A stretch of 64,000 nucleotides of DNA from Candidatus Marsarchaeota archaeon (GTDB lineage: Archaea > Micrarchaeota > Micrarchaeia > Micrarchaeales > CABMGC01), in the NCBI GenBank assembly GCA_023379055.1, contig JAMCSX010000017.1:35868-99867 (forward strand), given 5' to 3'. The notes under the pieces are model-generated. The model did no database searches. It saw nothing but the letters and a program-made list of their open reading frames with translations, and was not told where the DNA came from. Of the stretch, positions 19,754-28,403 are shown in pieces; the first letter of the stretch is position 1; each line of letters begins with the position of its first letter. Both the position numbers and the translations under genes were made by a program.

Positions 19754-19794
19754 AATAATATTTGGGGTTATATATAACCCCAGCAAATAATATT
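19751..19794. repeat. 12-bp direct repeat (gcaaataatatt) flanking a perfect 20-bp palindrome (tggggttatatataacccca)
   Basis: Read directly from the sequence. Repeat copy 1 is at 19751-19762 and overlaps the last 3 nt of tRNA-Glu. The palindrome is at 19763-19782 and repeat copy 2 is at 19783-19794. Confidence 0.9.
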
Positions 19795-19957
19795 GAGACT
19801 TATCTGAAACTTTGTCTAATTATCAAAAACTACATAATTTGACATTTGAACCTGCTGACAAGTGTAGAATAAAAGTATTTAAGTTGATAATAATTAATAG
19901 GTTTATAATCGGTTCTTATCATGACATTTGCCAACCCAACCAAACCAGGTATGATCA

Positions 19958-21703
19958 ATGTCAATATTTAATATAAATCTACGCAAAATGAAATATTTCG
20001 AAAAATGGCTTATTCTAGGAATAATAATAGGAGTCGCAGCAGGAATAGGCGCAATAATATTCTATTATTTGATAATATATATGCAGAGCCTTTTTCTTGG
20101 CGGAATCGTTGGTATGACTGTACCTACGGCATCTGGAGAAGGCGGCAGCGGATTCGTGCAAGGCAACTTCCTCTTAGTGCCAGTTTCCATAATACTGGGT
20201 GGATTGCTTTCTGGCTTTCTTGTTTACAAGTTTGCTCCTGAAGCAGAAGGCCATGGAACTGATGCTATAATAAACTCATTTCACAACAAGAATGGAGAGA
20301 TCAGACATAGAGTACCAATAGTAAAGACGATATCATCTGCGATCACCATAGGCTCCGGCGGTAGCGCAGGCAGAGAAGGACCTACCGCGCAGATTGCATC
20401 GGGCATAGGGGCATTTTTTGCTGACTTGCTAAAACTCACTAAAAAAGAGAAGCGAATTGCAATATTGGTTGGTGCTGGAGCAGGGATAGGTACCATATTC
20501 AAAGCGCCGATAGGTGGCGCTCTGCTTGCCGTAGAAGTTCCATACAAAAGGGATTTTGAAACCTCGGCTCTGTTCCCAGCCATAGTTGCAAGCGCAGTTG
20601 GATATTCAATATTCGGATCCATAGTTGGCTTTCAGCCAATCTTCGGATATTATCTTGGCGGATTCAATCCGTTAAATCTGCCACTATATGCTGTGCTAGG
20701 CATAGGAACAGGCATCTTCGCGATAATATATATAAAATTTTTCTACTACATTCATGATAAATTCAAGTCGTTTAAAATAAGCAACTACTACAAGCCCGCC
20801 GTAGGTGCGGTTATAGTTGGTACTATAGCGATTCTATTTCCTGAAATAATGAGTGTGGGATATGGATGGGTCCAGTTTATGGTAAATGGCAGTATTTCTT
20901 CGTTTCCGACGTTTGGCCTTCCAACACTTCTTATATTAGTGCTCCTTCCATTTGCAAAGATAGTTGCAACCTCATTCTCAATAGGTACGGGGGGCAGCGG
21001 AGGTGTATTTGCACCGGGAATATTCGTAGGGGCTTCGGTAGGACTTCTTTTTGGCATGCTGTTCCATATGATCTTCCCTAGCCTAGTCACTTCGGTTGCA
21101 CCTTTTGTGATAGTAGGCATGCTAGCGCTGATGGGCGGAGCAGGAAAAATCCCAATATCAGTATTACTCATGATAACTGAGATGACTGGTAGCCTTCAGC
21201 TCTTGCCCGCAGCGATGATCGCCGTATCAATGTCATATCTGATATCAGGCCAAAGCACAATTTACCGCTCGCAGGTGGCTACAAGGAAAGAATCACCAGC
21301 TCACACGAATGAATATCGTAAACCAATACTTGAAAGTATAAAGCTAAAGGATCTTCGGCTAAATGATATTTCAGTTGATGCGCGCCTTCCAGTTTCCTAT
21401 GCAATCAAGCGCATGAAGGAATTTGGCATCACTTCCATTCCGGTTGTGGACAAAACTGGAAGGAAAAATCGATTAGGGGTGATAGCATTACTTAATATGC
21501 GCAACACATATTCAGAAAAGGTTAGGGCAGTGGCCGCCTGGGATATTAGGATGGTTAAACTAGACAGCAGCGGAAGAGTCGCACTAGATGTAATGTCAGA
21601 AATGAAAACGACATGGGTTGCAGTGGAGGATGGAAACGAGTATGTTGGTTGCATAACCCTAAAACAGATTGTCAATGAATACAAGAAGCGGCTTGAAACA
21701 TAG
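19958..21703 (+). CDS. ClC-family chloride channel/transporter with C-terminal CBS pair
   Basis: 581 aa. It carries the selectivity motifs GSGGSAGREGP and GGVFAPGIF. The C-terminal ~130 aa look like two CBS domains. Confidence 0.85.
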   Translation: MSIFNINLRKMKYFEKWLILGIIIGVAAGIGAIIFYYLIIYMQSLFLGGIVGMTVPTASGEGGSGFVQGNFLLVPVSIILGGLLSGFLVYKFAPEAEGHGTDAIINSFHNKNGEIRHRVPIVKTISSAITIGSGGSAGREGPTAQIASGIGAFFADLLKLTKKEKRIAILVGAGAGIGTIFKAPIGGALLAVEVPYKRDFETSALFPAIVASAVGYSIFGSIVGFQPIFGYYLGGFNPLNLPLYAVLGIGTGIFAIIYIKFFYYIHDKFKSFKISNYYKPAVGAVIVGTIAILFPEIMSVGYGWVQFMVNGSISSFPTFGLPTLLILVLLPFAKIVATSFSIGTGGSGGVFAPGIFVGASVGLLFGMLFHMIFPSLVTSVAPFVIVGMLALMGGAGKIPISVLLMITEMTGSLQLLPAAMIAVSMSYLISGQSTIYRSQVATRKESPAHTNEYRKPILESIKLKDLRLNDISVDARLPVSYAIKRMKEFGITSIPVVDKTGRKNRLGVIALLNMRNTYSEKVRAVAAWDIRMVKLDSSGRVALDVMSEMKTTWVAVEDGNEYVGCITLKQIVNEYKKRLET

Positions 21704-21743
21704 GACTAATTGATGCATAGGCAGCTTATCAGGAAAACATGAA

Positions 21744-21764
21744 ATAAGGGGCTTCGCCCCTTAT
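21744..21764. repeat. GC-stem hairpin ataaggggc-ttc-gccccttat (copy A of a two-member family)
   Basis: 9-bp stem with a 3-nt loop. It lies 41 nt downstream of the ClC stop and 60 nt downstream of the tnpA stop. A related copy is at 62342-62359. Confidence 0.75.
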
Positions 21765-21823
21765 AAACCCTAAGCACGGGCGGGTTCCTCCGCAGCAAGC
21801 TAGCGGTATCTCACCCGCCCGAA

Positions 21824-22303
21824 TCAGTTGAATTGCAGTTTCATCTGATGTCCTTCCTCTTCGTGTTGCAGAAACGGTTCGAAGGAGACATCCTGTCTTC
21901 TGATGTAATTCTGTATTATATTTTCGCCGACAGGACCGACACTGCTGTTACTATACTGTCCTCCCCAGAAATGTTTCTTGGGATATCGTTTTGTGAAGTT
22001 CGGCATTTCTTTGAAGATTTTTGATGCGGAATGCGACTTCAGGATCTGTACGACCTGTTCCATTGAAAGGTTGTTTGGCACATTTACTTCCATATGCACG
22101 TGTGCATAATCGTCTCCAAATGAGAACTCCTTTATTTTTATCTTGTACTGCATCTCAGTTTCTCGAAATGCGTCTGCAACAACCTTCTGCGTCTTCGAAT
22201 TTTTGAATACTTTGAATCGGTACTTTGATACAAGCACAATGTGCTCAAAATTGTATTGGAAGTCCGATACATTTTTATGATTTCCATGAGTTATACTCAC
22301 CAT
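21824..22303 (-). CDS. tnpA: IS200/IS605-family Y1 (HUH) transposase TnpA
   Basis: 159 aa. The HUH motif is in YAHVHMEV and the catalytic Tyr is in IIQNYIRRQ. Confidence 0.85.
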   Translation of the reverse strand: MVSITHGNHKNVSDFQYNFEHIVLVSKYRFKVFKNSKTQKVVADAFRETEMQYKIKIKEFSFGDDYAHVHMEVNVPNNLSMEQVVQILKSHSASKIFKEMPNFTKRYPKKHFWGGQYSNSSVGPVGENIIQNYIRRQDVSFEPFLQHEEEGHQMKLQFN

Positions 22304-22382
22304 TGCATTACTTCGGCGCGACGAACATCACGTCGCGTCAAGTATTTTTCCTCCTCAAAGCGTATATTTACTGCAGAATCAG

Positions 22383-22420
22383 TTCAACCCCCAACGAGGT
22401 TGGGGGAATTCTCTAGGTAT
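22383..22420. repeat. IS200 outer-end hairpin block ttcaaCCCCCAACgagGTTGGGGGaattctctaggtat
   Basis: 8-bp stem with a 3-nt loop at 22388-22406, with conserved flanks. A second copy with a compensatory stem change is at 53539-53576. Confidence 0.8.
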
Positions 22421-22447
22421 TAAAATCCTTGTTGTTGATATGTTATC

Positions 22448-22783
22448 ATGCGCGACCTTGACAGTGCGATAGAGAACCTTGAGGCCTGGGAGGCAAAGGA
22501 AAAGGGCAATGCCGAGCCGACAATGGTCTCGAATCGGGTTTTGATAGGCAGGGTAGAGCAATTCTTCGAAAAGATAGGCGTCATGGCGATAACACTAGAA
22601 TCTGATCTTAAGGTAGGGGACATAATAGAAATAGGTAATTATGAGGAAGCAGTGAGGCAGAAGATTTCCAGCATGCAGATAGACAAGAAGGACGTAGCAG
22701 AGGCTGGAAGGGGGAATGACGTAGGCATAAAGCTGAAGTATAGGGTCTCTGCAGGAAGCGAAGTATACAGGATTGGGAGGTAG
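22448..22783 (+). CDS. stand-alone EF-Tu domain-2-like beta-barrel protein
   Basis: 111 aa. The pattern GRVEQFFEKIGVMAITLESDLKVGDIIEI......ISSMQIDKKDVAEAGRGNDVGIKL....SAGSEVYRI follows the translation-factor domain II pattern. Confidence 0.6.
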   Translation: MRDLDSAIENLEAWEAKEKGNAEPTMVSNRVLIGRVEQFFEKIGVMAITLESDLKVGDIIEIGNYEEAVRQKISSMQIDKKDVAEAGRGNDVGIKLKYRVSAGSEVYRIGR

Positions 22784-22806
22784 GATTTCAGCGTTAGTCC
22801 GGACTA

Positions 22807-23832
22807 TTACCTCAATATTGTAGAGTTACATCCGGCAGGCTGCGACAGCTGGCCGCTTATTATAAGCTTGAGGTATCCCACCGCAGGCACTATGCCTATC
22901 ACATATCCAACTACTGCGTCCTGCGCCACCGGATAGTTTCCGAACTGTATGTCAAGACCACCGTTGTTGTCACCGCGGGTCAATAGATAATACCGGCCGC
23001 CCGCATTTATGGCAGCCACTACACGGTGGATTATGTCACCGGAAAAAGTATCATTGCGTGTTGTGCGGTACACTATTATGGGATTGCTGAAGTTCTCACT
23101 TATGGTTGTATTGTTTATCGTTATCAGTGAAGTCTGGATAATCTTGAGAGTCGTTCCGCTGATGTTTACACGGCCTATTGAATAGTTGTATCTGATAAGG
23201 CCTGTTTGATTCCTCACAAGGCACGTATAATAGCTGCTCTGCCTGCCGAAGTATCCGTAAGAATCAAGACAGTTGGTATTGTACAGGCCCACAGAAAAGG
23301 TATTGGAACCCGTCATCTCGACTATGTTGGACCTGTTCGTTGGATTGTATGCGAAGAATGCAAGAGATTCGGACCCCATATTGGCCAGCGTGTAGTTCAT
23401 TGCAGAAGGGGATACGTTCACCACAGGGATGTGGTATTGCCTTAGGAAGTAGCTCATGTTTGATATTCCGTGCAGAAACACCATGTCGCCCCTGTGAAGG
23501 CTTGGAAGCATGCTGCAGCTTGCAACAACATCTACTGGAGACCAGGTGCCGAGTATGAGCCCTGCAGCCACGAACAGCAGTATCACAACTGCAAATACGG
23601 TTATTATCTCGTATATCGTCTTCCTGAATCCCTGCTCCTTAACACCGTGCCTGAACTCCGCTATTAATGTAACTATAATAAGCACGAATGCGACAAGTCC
23701 GAGTATCACGCTGTTCCATATCGCGTAGCTGATTATTGAGAGTAGGATAAGGAGATAAAGCACATTGATGGCCATATTCCGGCTTTTTGCGTTAGCCGCT
23801 ACATTAGCGGAGTTTTTTTGTCTGCCTCTCAA
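22807..23832 (-). CDS. signal peptidase I (archaeal Sec11/S26B type) with a large insertion
   Basis: Catalytic boxes SCSMLPSL (Ser), GDMVFL, GDIIHRVV (His) and TRGDNN are present. At 341 aa it is much longer than the usual ~180-200 aa. Confidence 0.8.
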   Translation of the reverse strand: MRGRQKNSANVAANAKSRNMAINVLYLLILLSIISYAIWNSVILGLVAFVLIIVTLIAEFRHGVKEQGFRKTIYEIITVFAVVILLFVAAGLILGTWSPVDVVASCSMLPSLHRGDMVFLHGISNMSYFLRQYHIPVVNVSPSAMNYTLANMGSESLAFFAYNPTNRSNIVEMTGSNTFSVGLYNTNCLDSYGYFGRQSSYYTCLVRNQTGLIRYNYSIGRVNISGTTLKIIQTSLITINNTTISENFSNPIIVYRTTRNDTFSGDIIHRVVAAINAGGRYYLLTRGDNNGGLDIQFGNYPVAQDAVVGYVIGIVPAVGYLKLIISGQLSQPAGCNSTILR

Positions 23833-23842
23833 GATACTTACC

Positions 23843-26800
23843 CTACTTGTTAGCCATCATGCTGCTTATGTCCAGTCCCACTGCATTCGATTCCTTGCTT
23901 TCGTCCATGGCAACGCCTATCGCCGTGTCTGCGTTCACTATAAGCGAATTATTGTGGCTTATCACAACGAATTGCGCATCCTTGCTCATCTCCTTTATGA
24001 GCCTAGACAATATTTTTGCATTCTCCGAGTCAAGGGCCGCATCCACTTCGTCGAACAGGTAAAGTGAGGATTTCTTGCATTGATGTATGGAAAACAGCAG
24101 CATAAGCGCTATTATGGACTTCTGGCCTCCTGACAGCGATTTCAGCGGAATATCGAGCTTTCCGTCAGTCATCTTTATGTACAATCCGCTGTTAAGCGGA
24201 TCCTTTTCATCGTCAAGCATTATGGTTCCCTTCCCAGGAAACACCTGATTGTACAGCTTGGTGAAATTCTTATTCACCTCATTAAGCATCTCCATGAATG
24301 TCTGAAGCTTCTTTGAGTCTATTTCCTCAATCATGCGCAGCACCGCATCCTTCTCATTGTGTAACGTGTCTACCCTTGACCTTGCCTCTTCGGTAAGCTT
24401 CTTTCTTTCTTCATACAGCTCCGGAGCCCTGAGGTTAACGTTTCCCAGCTCCGTTATTCTAACCTGCAGGGTATTTGCCTCAAGCTCCATATCAGGTATC
24501 TTGTCCTTTACAACTATCAGTGATTTGTCGTACGTTGACAACTCTGCAGCGATATCGTTGAATCTCGTCTCGCTATTTCCCCTCTTTATGCCCAATTCGC
24601 TTATCTGCCTGTCAATGTTAGAAGTGTCGCTGCTAAGCGATCCGATGGCATTGCCCAGGCTAGCCAGTTCGGTATCCAATGAAGTTACTGTTTCAAACGC
24701 ATTCTTTGTAGATTCGTTCCTCCCGCTTATCTCTTTTTCGAGCTCGGAGCGTGACTTTGCAAGCAGGCCTTTTCTTACCTCCTTGTCACGTAGGTCAGAT
24801 TTCATCTGCTTTAACTGGTTCTTTGCACTGGATACAGCAGTGCTGAGCTCGCTGGACTTCTGTTCGAGCATTTGCATCTCCTTGTTAAGTTCTGCCCTTG
24901 CGATCTTGTAGCCTTCTATGTCATCCCTCATCTTCTCTGACATTGCCTTTTCCTCCTTGAACTTTGCTGACCTGCCCATATTCAACGCAGAATTCATCTT
25001 GTCGTAGACCGCTGAGCGTGACTCCCTATGCGAATTTAGGGCGGAGGCTATCTCCAGCCTTTCTCTGTCCTTCTTTGACATCTCGTCACGTATCTTTGAG
25101 ATCCCGACTGAACACGATTTTATCTGCACATTTAACTCAGACTGCAGCTTAAGCATATTGCCCAGGTCGTCCTTGGCAGCTTTTATGGCTGCTGCAACCC
25201 CGCTTATCTGCGCCTCAACAAGATATCTTTCCTTCTCTGCGGCCCTCAGCGACTCGGCGATAAGTTCTGCGCCCTTTCTCAGCTTGGACTTTTCTGCATC
25301 AAGATCTGCAAGCCTGCCTTCTATTGCTGCAAGGGAGATTCTCCTTGAAGAGCCCCCGGATATAACGCCTGATTGCTCTATGAGCTCCCCTTCAAGGGTC
25401 ACGTATCTGTGCTTCCCTATGCCGTATTTTTTGGCGTCTCCAGAAGAATCTATGAGGTAGGTATTGTTGAAGATGTATGAGAAGGCCTTCGCAAACTTTT
25501 CGTTGTATTTCACTATATCCAATATGGGAATCAGCCCTTTTTCCTTCTGCTGCTTCTCGGGGTTGAGTTCTGATAGAGGTATGAATGTTGCGCGGCCCAT
25601 GTTATTCTGCTTTAGGTAGTCAATTATCTTTGTGCCAATATCTATGGATTCCACTACAAAGTAATCGAATCTGCTTGATGCGGCGACCTCAACAGCACAT
25701 GCATGATGTACATCGTACTGGCATAGCCTTGATGCCTTTCCGTAGAATCCGTCCTTCTCCCCGAATTTGTCGGATATCTTACCAAGAAGGCCGCCCTCCC
25801 TGGATTGAGCTGCGGCGCGCTGTTCCATAAGCCTGAACTGCTCCAAGTCTATCTCAGAAAGCCTCTGCTTTGCCTTGGAGCTCTCGGTTGTCAGTTTTGC
25901 AATTGTTGCTGCATTGTCAGTTAGGCGGAGGCGGGCACTCCTGAGCTCTTCCTCCTTATTCGCAGTTAGCTTCAGCATCCTGTCGCATTCGTTCCCGATA
26001 TCAGACAGCTTTTTCTCTGATTCCGATTTCCTTGATTCGGAATTCGACAGGTCCGACTGCAGTTTCTGCATGTAGACCTCAAGCTCGGTGAGTATGCCCT
26101 CGTGCTCGGATATCGTACCGTCAAGCTCCTTGAGATCCTTCTGAAAATCTGCACCATCGTATAGAATGCCGAGTTTGGCAAGCCCAGCCTCCAGCACTGC
26201 AACCTTCTTGGTAAGCTCGTCTACAGACAGGGTGTTTGAGGTTATTTTTTCGTTAGCAAGAGCCAGTTCCTGGCCAGACTGCAAAATAAACGCATTCCTG
26301 TCCTCAATAGATCTCTGCAGTGCAGGCATCTCAACCTCAAGCTTTGCGAGCTCTCTGCTCAGGTTCTCCAACTTTGCGTTTGTCTCACCTGACGTTGAGG
26401 ATATCTTGTTTAGCTGCGCAGTCATGGCCTCCCTCTCGCCGCTAAGCTGGGTGCGCTTATTGTTCAGTTCGGCGAGTTTGCCAGATACCTCGGATTTCCT
26501 CGAGTTTAGCAATTTTATCTCCTTTGCACTGACGTCAAGGGATTCCTGAAGCTCAGCCTGCCTTGCCAACAGTATGCTATACCGGAGGCTTGTCAGCCGC
26601 TGTTTCATGTTGTTCCACTTCTCTGCTGCCTCTTTTTCCTTTTCAAGCTCATTTAGGAATCCCTGCCTTTCGTTAAGCTGGGCATTTGCAACGCTTATGT
26701 TCTGCTCCACCTTGTCAAGCTCCTTGAGAGCCTCGGATTTTTTGTATTCGAAGTCCCTTATACCTACTGCAGTGTCTATCAGAGACCGCCTATCCTTAGA

Positions 26801-27241
26801 ATTCATCTGTGCAATTTGATTTATCATTCCCTGAGCTATTGTAGTTGTATCATCCACCTTAACCCCATTAGATGACAGGACCTCTATCACCTCCCGCCTT
26901 GTCATTGTCTTCCCGTTAAGCTTATAGTGGGTCTTCGAATCCGAGTTTACCGACTTGATTATTGTTATATTCTGTCCGTCACCCTCGAATTCCATTTTCA
27001 CATGCGCAACGAGGGGCTCTCCGGATCTTTTCTTCATGTTCCTGTTTATAAGCTCGCTGAGGCCATCCACCCTTAACGCAGACAGCGAAGGCTCGCCGAG
27101 GTCGAACATCATCGAATCGAAGATCACGCTCTTTCCGCTTCCGTTTGGACCGACAACGCAGTTGAACCCCTTGCTAAAAAGAAGTTCCGCATGCCTAAAT
27201 GACTTGAATTTATCTATGATAAGTGACTTTAGGTACAACAT
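23843..27241 (-). CDS. smc: chromosome segregation protein SMC
   Basis: 1132 aa. Contains Walker A GPNGSGKS, long coiled coils, the signature LSGGQKS and Walker B LYLFDEVDAALD. Confidence 0.9.
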   Translation of the reverse strand: MLYLKSLIIDKFKSFRHAELLFSKGFNCVVGPNGSGKSVIFDSMMFDLGEPSLSALRVDGLSELINRNMKKRSGEPLVAHVKMEFEGDGQNITIIKSVNSDSKTHYKLNGKTMTRREVIEVLSSNGVKVDDTTTIAQGMINQIAQMNSKDRRSLIDTAVGIRDFEYKKSEALKELDKVEQNISVANAQLNERQGFLNELEKEKEAAEKWNNMKQRLTSLRYSILLARQAELQESLDVSAKEIKLLNSRKSEVSGKLAELNNKRTQLSGEREAMTAQLNKISSTSGETNAKLENLSRELAKLEVEMPALQRSIEDRNAFILQSGQELALANEKITSNTLSVDELTKKVAVLEAGLAKLGILYDGADFQKDLKELDGTISEHEGILTELEVYMQKLQSDLSNSESRKSESEKKLSDIGNECDRMLKLTANKEEELRSARLRLTDNAATIAKLTTESSKAKQRLSEIDLEQFRLMEQRAAAQSREGGLLGKISDKFGEKDGFYGKASRLCQYDVHHACAVEVAASSRFDYFVVESIDIGTKIIDYLKQNNMGRATFIPLSELNPEKQQKEKGLIPILDIVKYNEKFAKAFSYIFNNTYLIDSSGDAKKYGIGKHRYVTLEGELIEQSGVISGGSSRRISLAAIEGRLADLDAEKSKLRKGAELIAESLRAAEKERYLVEAQISGVAAAIKAAKDDLGNMLKLQSELNVQIKSCSVGISKIRDEMSKKDRERLEIASALNSHRESRSAVYDKMNSALNMGRSAKFKEEKAMSEKMRDDIEGYKIARAELNKEMQMLEQKSSELSTAVSSAKNQLKQMKSDLRDKEVRKGLLAKSRSELEKEISGRNESTKNAFETVTSLDTELASLGNAIGSLSSDTSNIDRQISELGIKRGNSETRFNDIAAELSTYDKSLIVVKDKIPDMELEANTLQVRITELGNVNLRAPELYEERKKLTEEARSRVDTLHNEKDAVLRMIEEIDSKKLQTFMEMLNEVNKNFTKLYNQVFPGKGTIMLDDEKDPLNSGLYIKMTDGKLDIPLKSLSGGQKSIIALMLLFSIHQCKKSSLYLFDEVDAALDSENAKILSRLIKEMSKDAQFVVISHNNSLIVNADTAIGVAMDESKESNAVGLDISSMMANK

Positions 27242-27278
27242 ACTTCAACACCGGTCGCAGTATTAAGATATCGACAAA

Positions 27279-28352
27279 TTATTTAAAAGCTTTCCTTTTA
27301 GGTTTCCTTGCTACATGCAAGGTAATGAGCGCGGCAAGATGAGACCCAGTCGCTATGCCCATGAGCCTCGAGCCCTTTACTATTGCAGCAATCCTGAATG
27401 CGTTTCCTTCCGTCTTTGACAGCACATCCACAATGTTCATAGAAGGAGGCAGATTTGGTATCTGGACTGCGATATCCTTTAACTTCCTTGCTTTTGAAAT
27501 GGCCTGCTTATCGAATAGATTTATCGCTGCAAATCCACGGTTTGGGATCTTGATTAACACCAGGTGCTCCTTCTTCCTGCGTATTGTGTTGTAAAGCTCG
27601 CTTATATCTGCATTATAGTCCATGAGCGCATAGTCATGGCTTAGTGCGTCTGCAACAGTAATTCCCTTTGCATTCTCGCGCAGCGTGACGGCGTTCTCCT
27701 CTGCCTTCATGCCGCTGTATATGAAGAACACTATTATCATGTCCCAGAGAAGCGTAAGCTCCTTATATCCCAAGGAATACCTGCTGGGAACTGCGACGAA
27801 TACCAGGGTACCGATTACTATAAGCCACAGGAAGTACTTGCTTATCTTTACAGTCTTCATTGTCGCTTCGTAGAACCCAGACCTTCTCTGCAGATAGCTT
27901 CGAAGCACTCTGCCCCCGTCCATCGGAAACGCGGGGATAAGATTGAACAGGCCAAGAAGTATGTTTATCAGGAACAGGTACTGCACTATGTAGGTTATTA
28001 GCCCTGGCGGAGTTACTGCCACCAGAATACCGAACATGCTGCCGAGAAACATGCTCATTATCGGCCCTGCAATAGCTATGTTTAATTCCACTGCAGGATC
28101 TATGTTAAGGTCGTCGATGATTGATGCGCCGCCTATCGGCAGCAGTATTATCTTGCTTACTTTTATGCCGTTTCTAAGCGCAGTTACCGAGTGCGATAAT
28201 TCGTGCACAAGCACGCAGACGAAAAGCAGGATCCAGATAAGACCAAGAAGCGGGGACAGATATATGAAGAATAGTATCAGCAGAATGAAAAGCCAGTTTA
28301 GCTCTATGTCTATGCCGAATATGCTGCCTATTTTTATTGAACCGTCTGCCAT
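27279..28352 (-). CDS. site-2 (M50) intramembrane metalloprotease with CBS domains
   Basis: HELSHS lies in a TM helix, followed by PAFPMDGGRVL and a C-terminal CBS pair. I favour the start at MADGSIKIGSIFGI (28352). The ORF-track start 28400 is possible. Confidence 0.8.
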   Translation of the reverse strand: MADGSIKIGSIFGIDIELNWLFILLILFFIYLSPLLGLIWILLFVCVLVHELSHSVTALRNGIKVSKIILLPIGGASIIDDLNIDPAVELNIAIAGPIMSMFLGSMFGILVAVTPPGLITYIVQYLFLINILLGLFNLIPAFPMDGGRVLRSYLQRRSGFYEATMKTVKISKYFLWLIVIGTLVFVAVPSRYSLGYKELTLLWDMIIVFFIYSGMKAEENAVTLRENAKGITVADALSHDYALMDYNADISELYNTIRRKKEHLVLIKIPNRGFAAINLFDKQAISKARKLKDIAVQIPNLPPSMNIVDVLSKTEGNAFRIAAIVKGSRLMGIATGSHLAALITLHVARKPKRKAFK

Positions 28353-28403
28353 CACCATTATTTCCAAAAAAAGACTTATTAATGCTCTTACAGTCATCAT
28401 CTC

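Larger units (their letters stand above)
21744..22420 (-). mobile_element. IS200-type insertion sequence (TnpA only, no tnpB)
   Basis: A Y1 HUH transposase gene is flanked by structured ends. On the 5' side there is an outer hairpin at 22388-22406 and an inner hairpin at 22316-22339, 12 nt from the start codon. On the 3' side there is a long stem gggcggg...cccgccc at 21778-21820. The total of about 0.68 kb is the usual IS200 size. The exact termini are not determinable from one copy. Confidence 0.55.

Noticed and set aside
19795-19957. Possible fluoride (crcB-motif) riboswitch upstream of the ClC gene.
   Set aside because: I could not find the conserved GGNGATG ... CTGATG..TCTAC core elements. 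The region is simply AT-rich promoter-like DNA, and the ClC has CBS domains typical of ordinary ClC proteins.
23843-27241. Inteins or other insertions in the large information-processing proteins (SMC, IleRS, Hel308, RFC).
   Set aside because: Lengths and motif spacing look normal. No Cys/Ser...HN splice-junction blocks or homing-endonuclease motifs were noticed.
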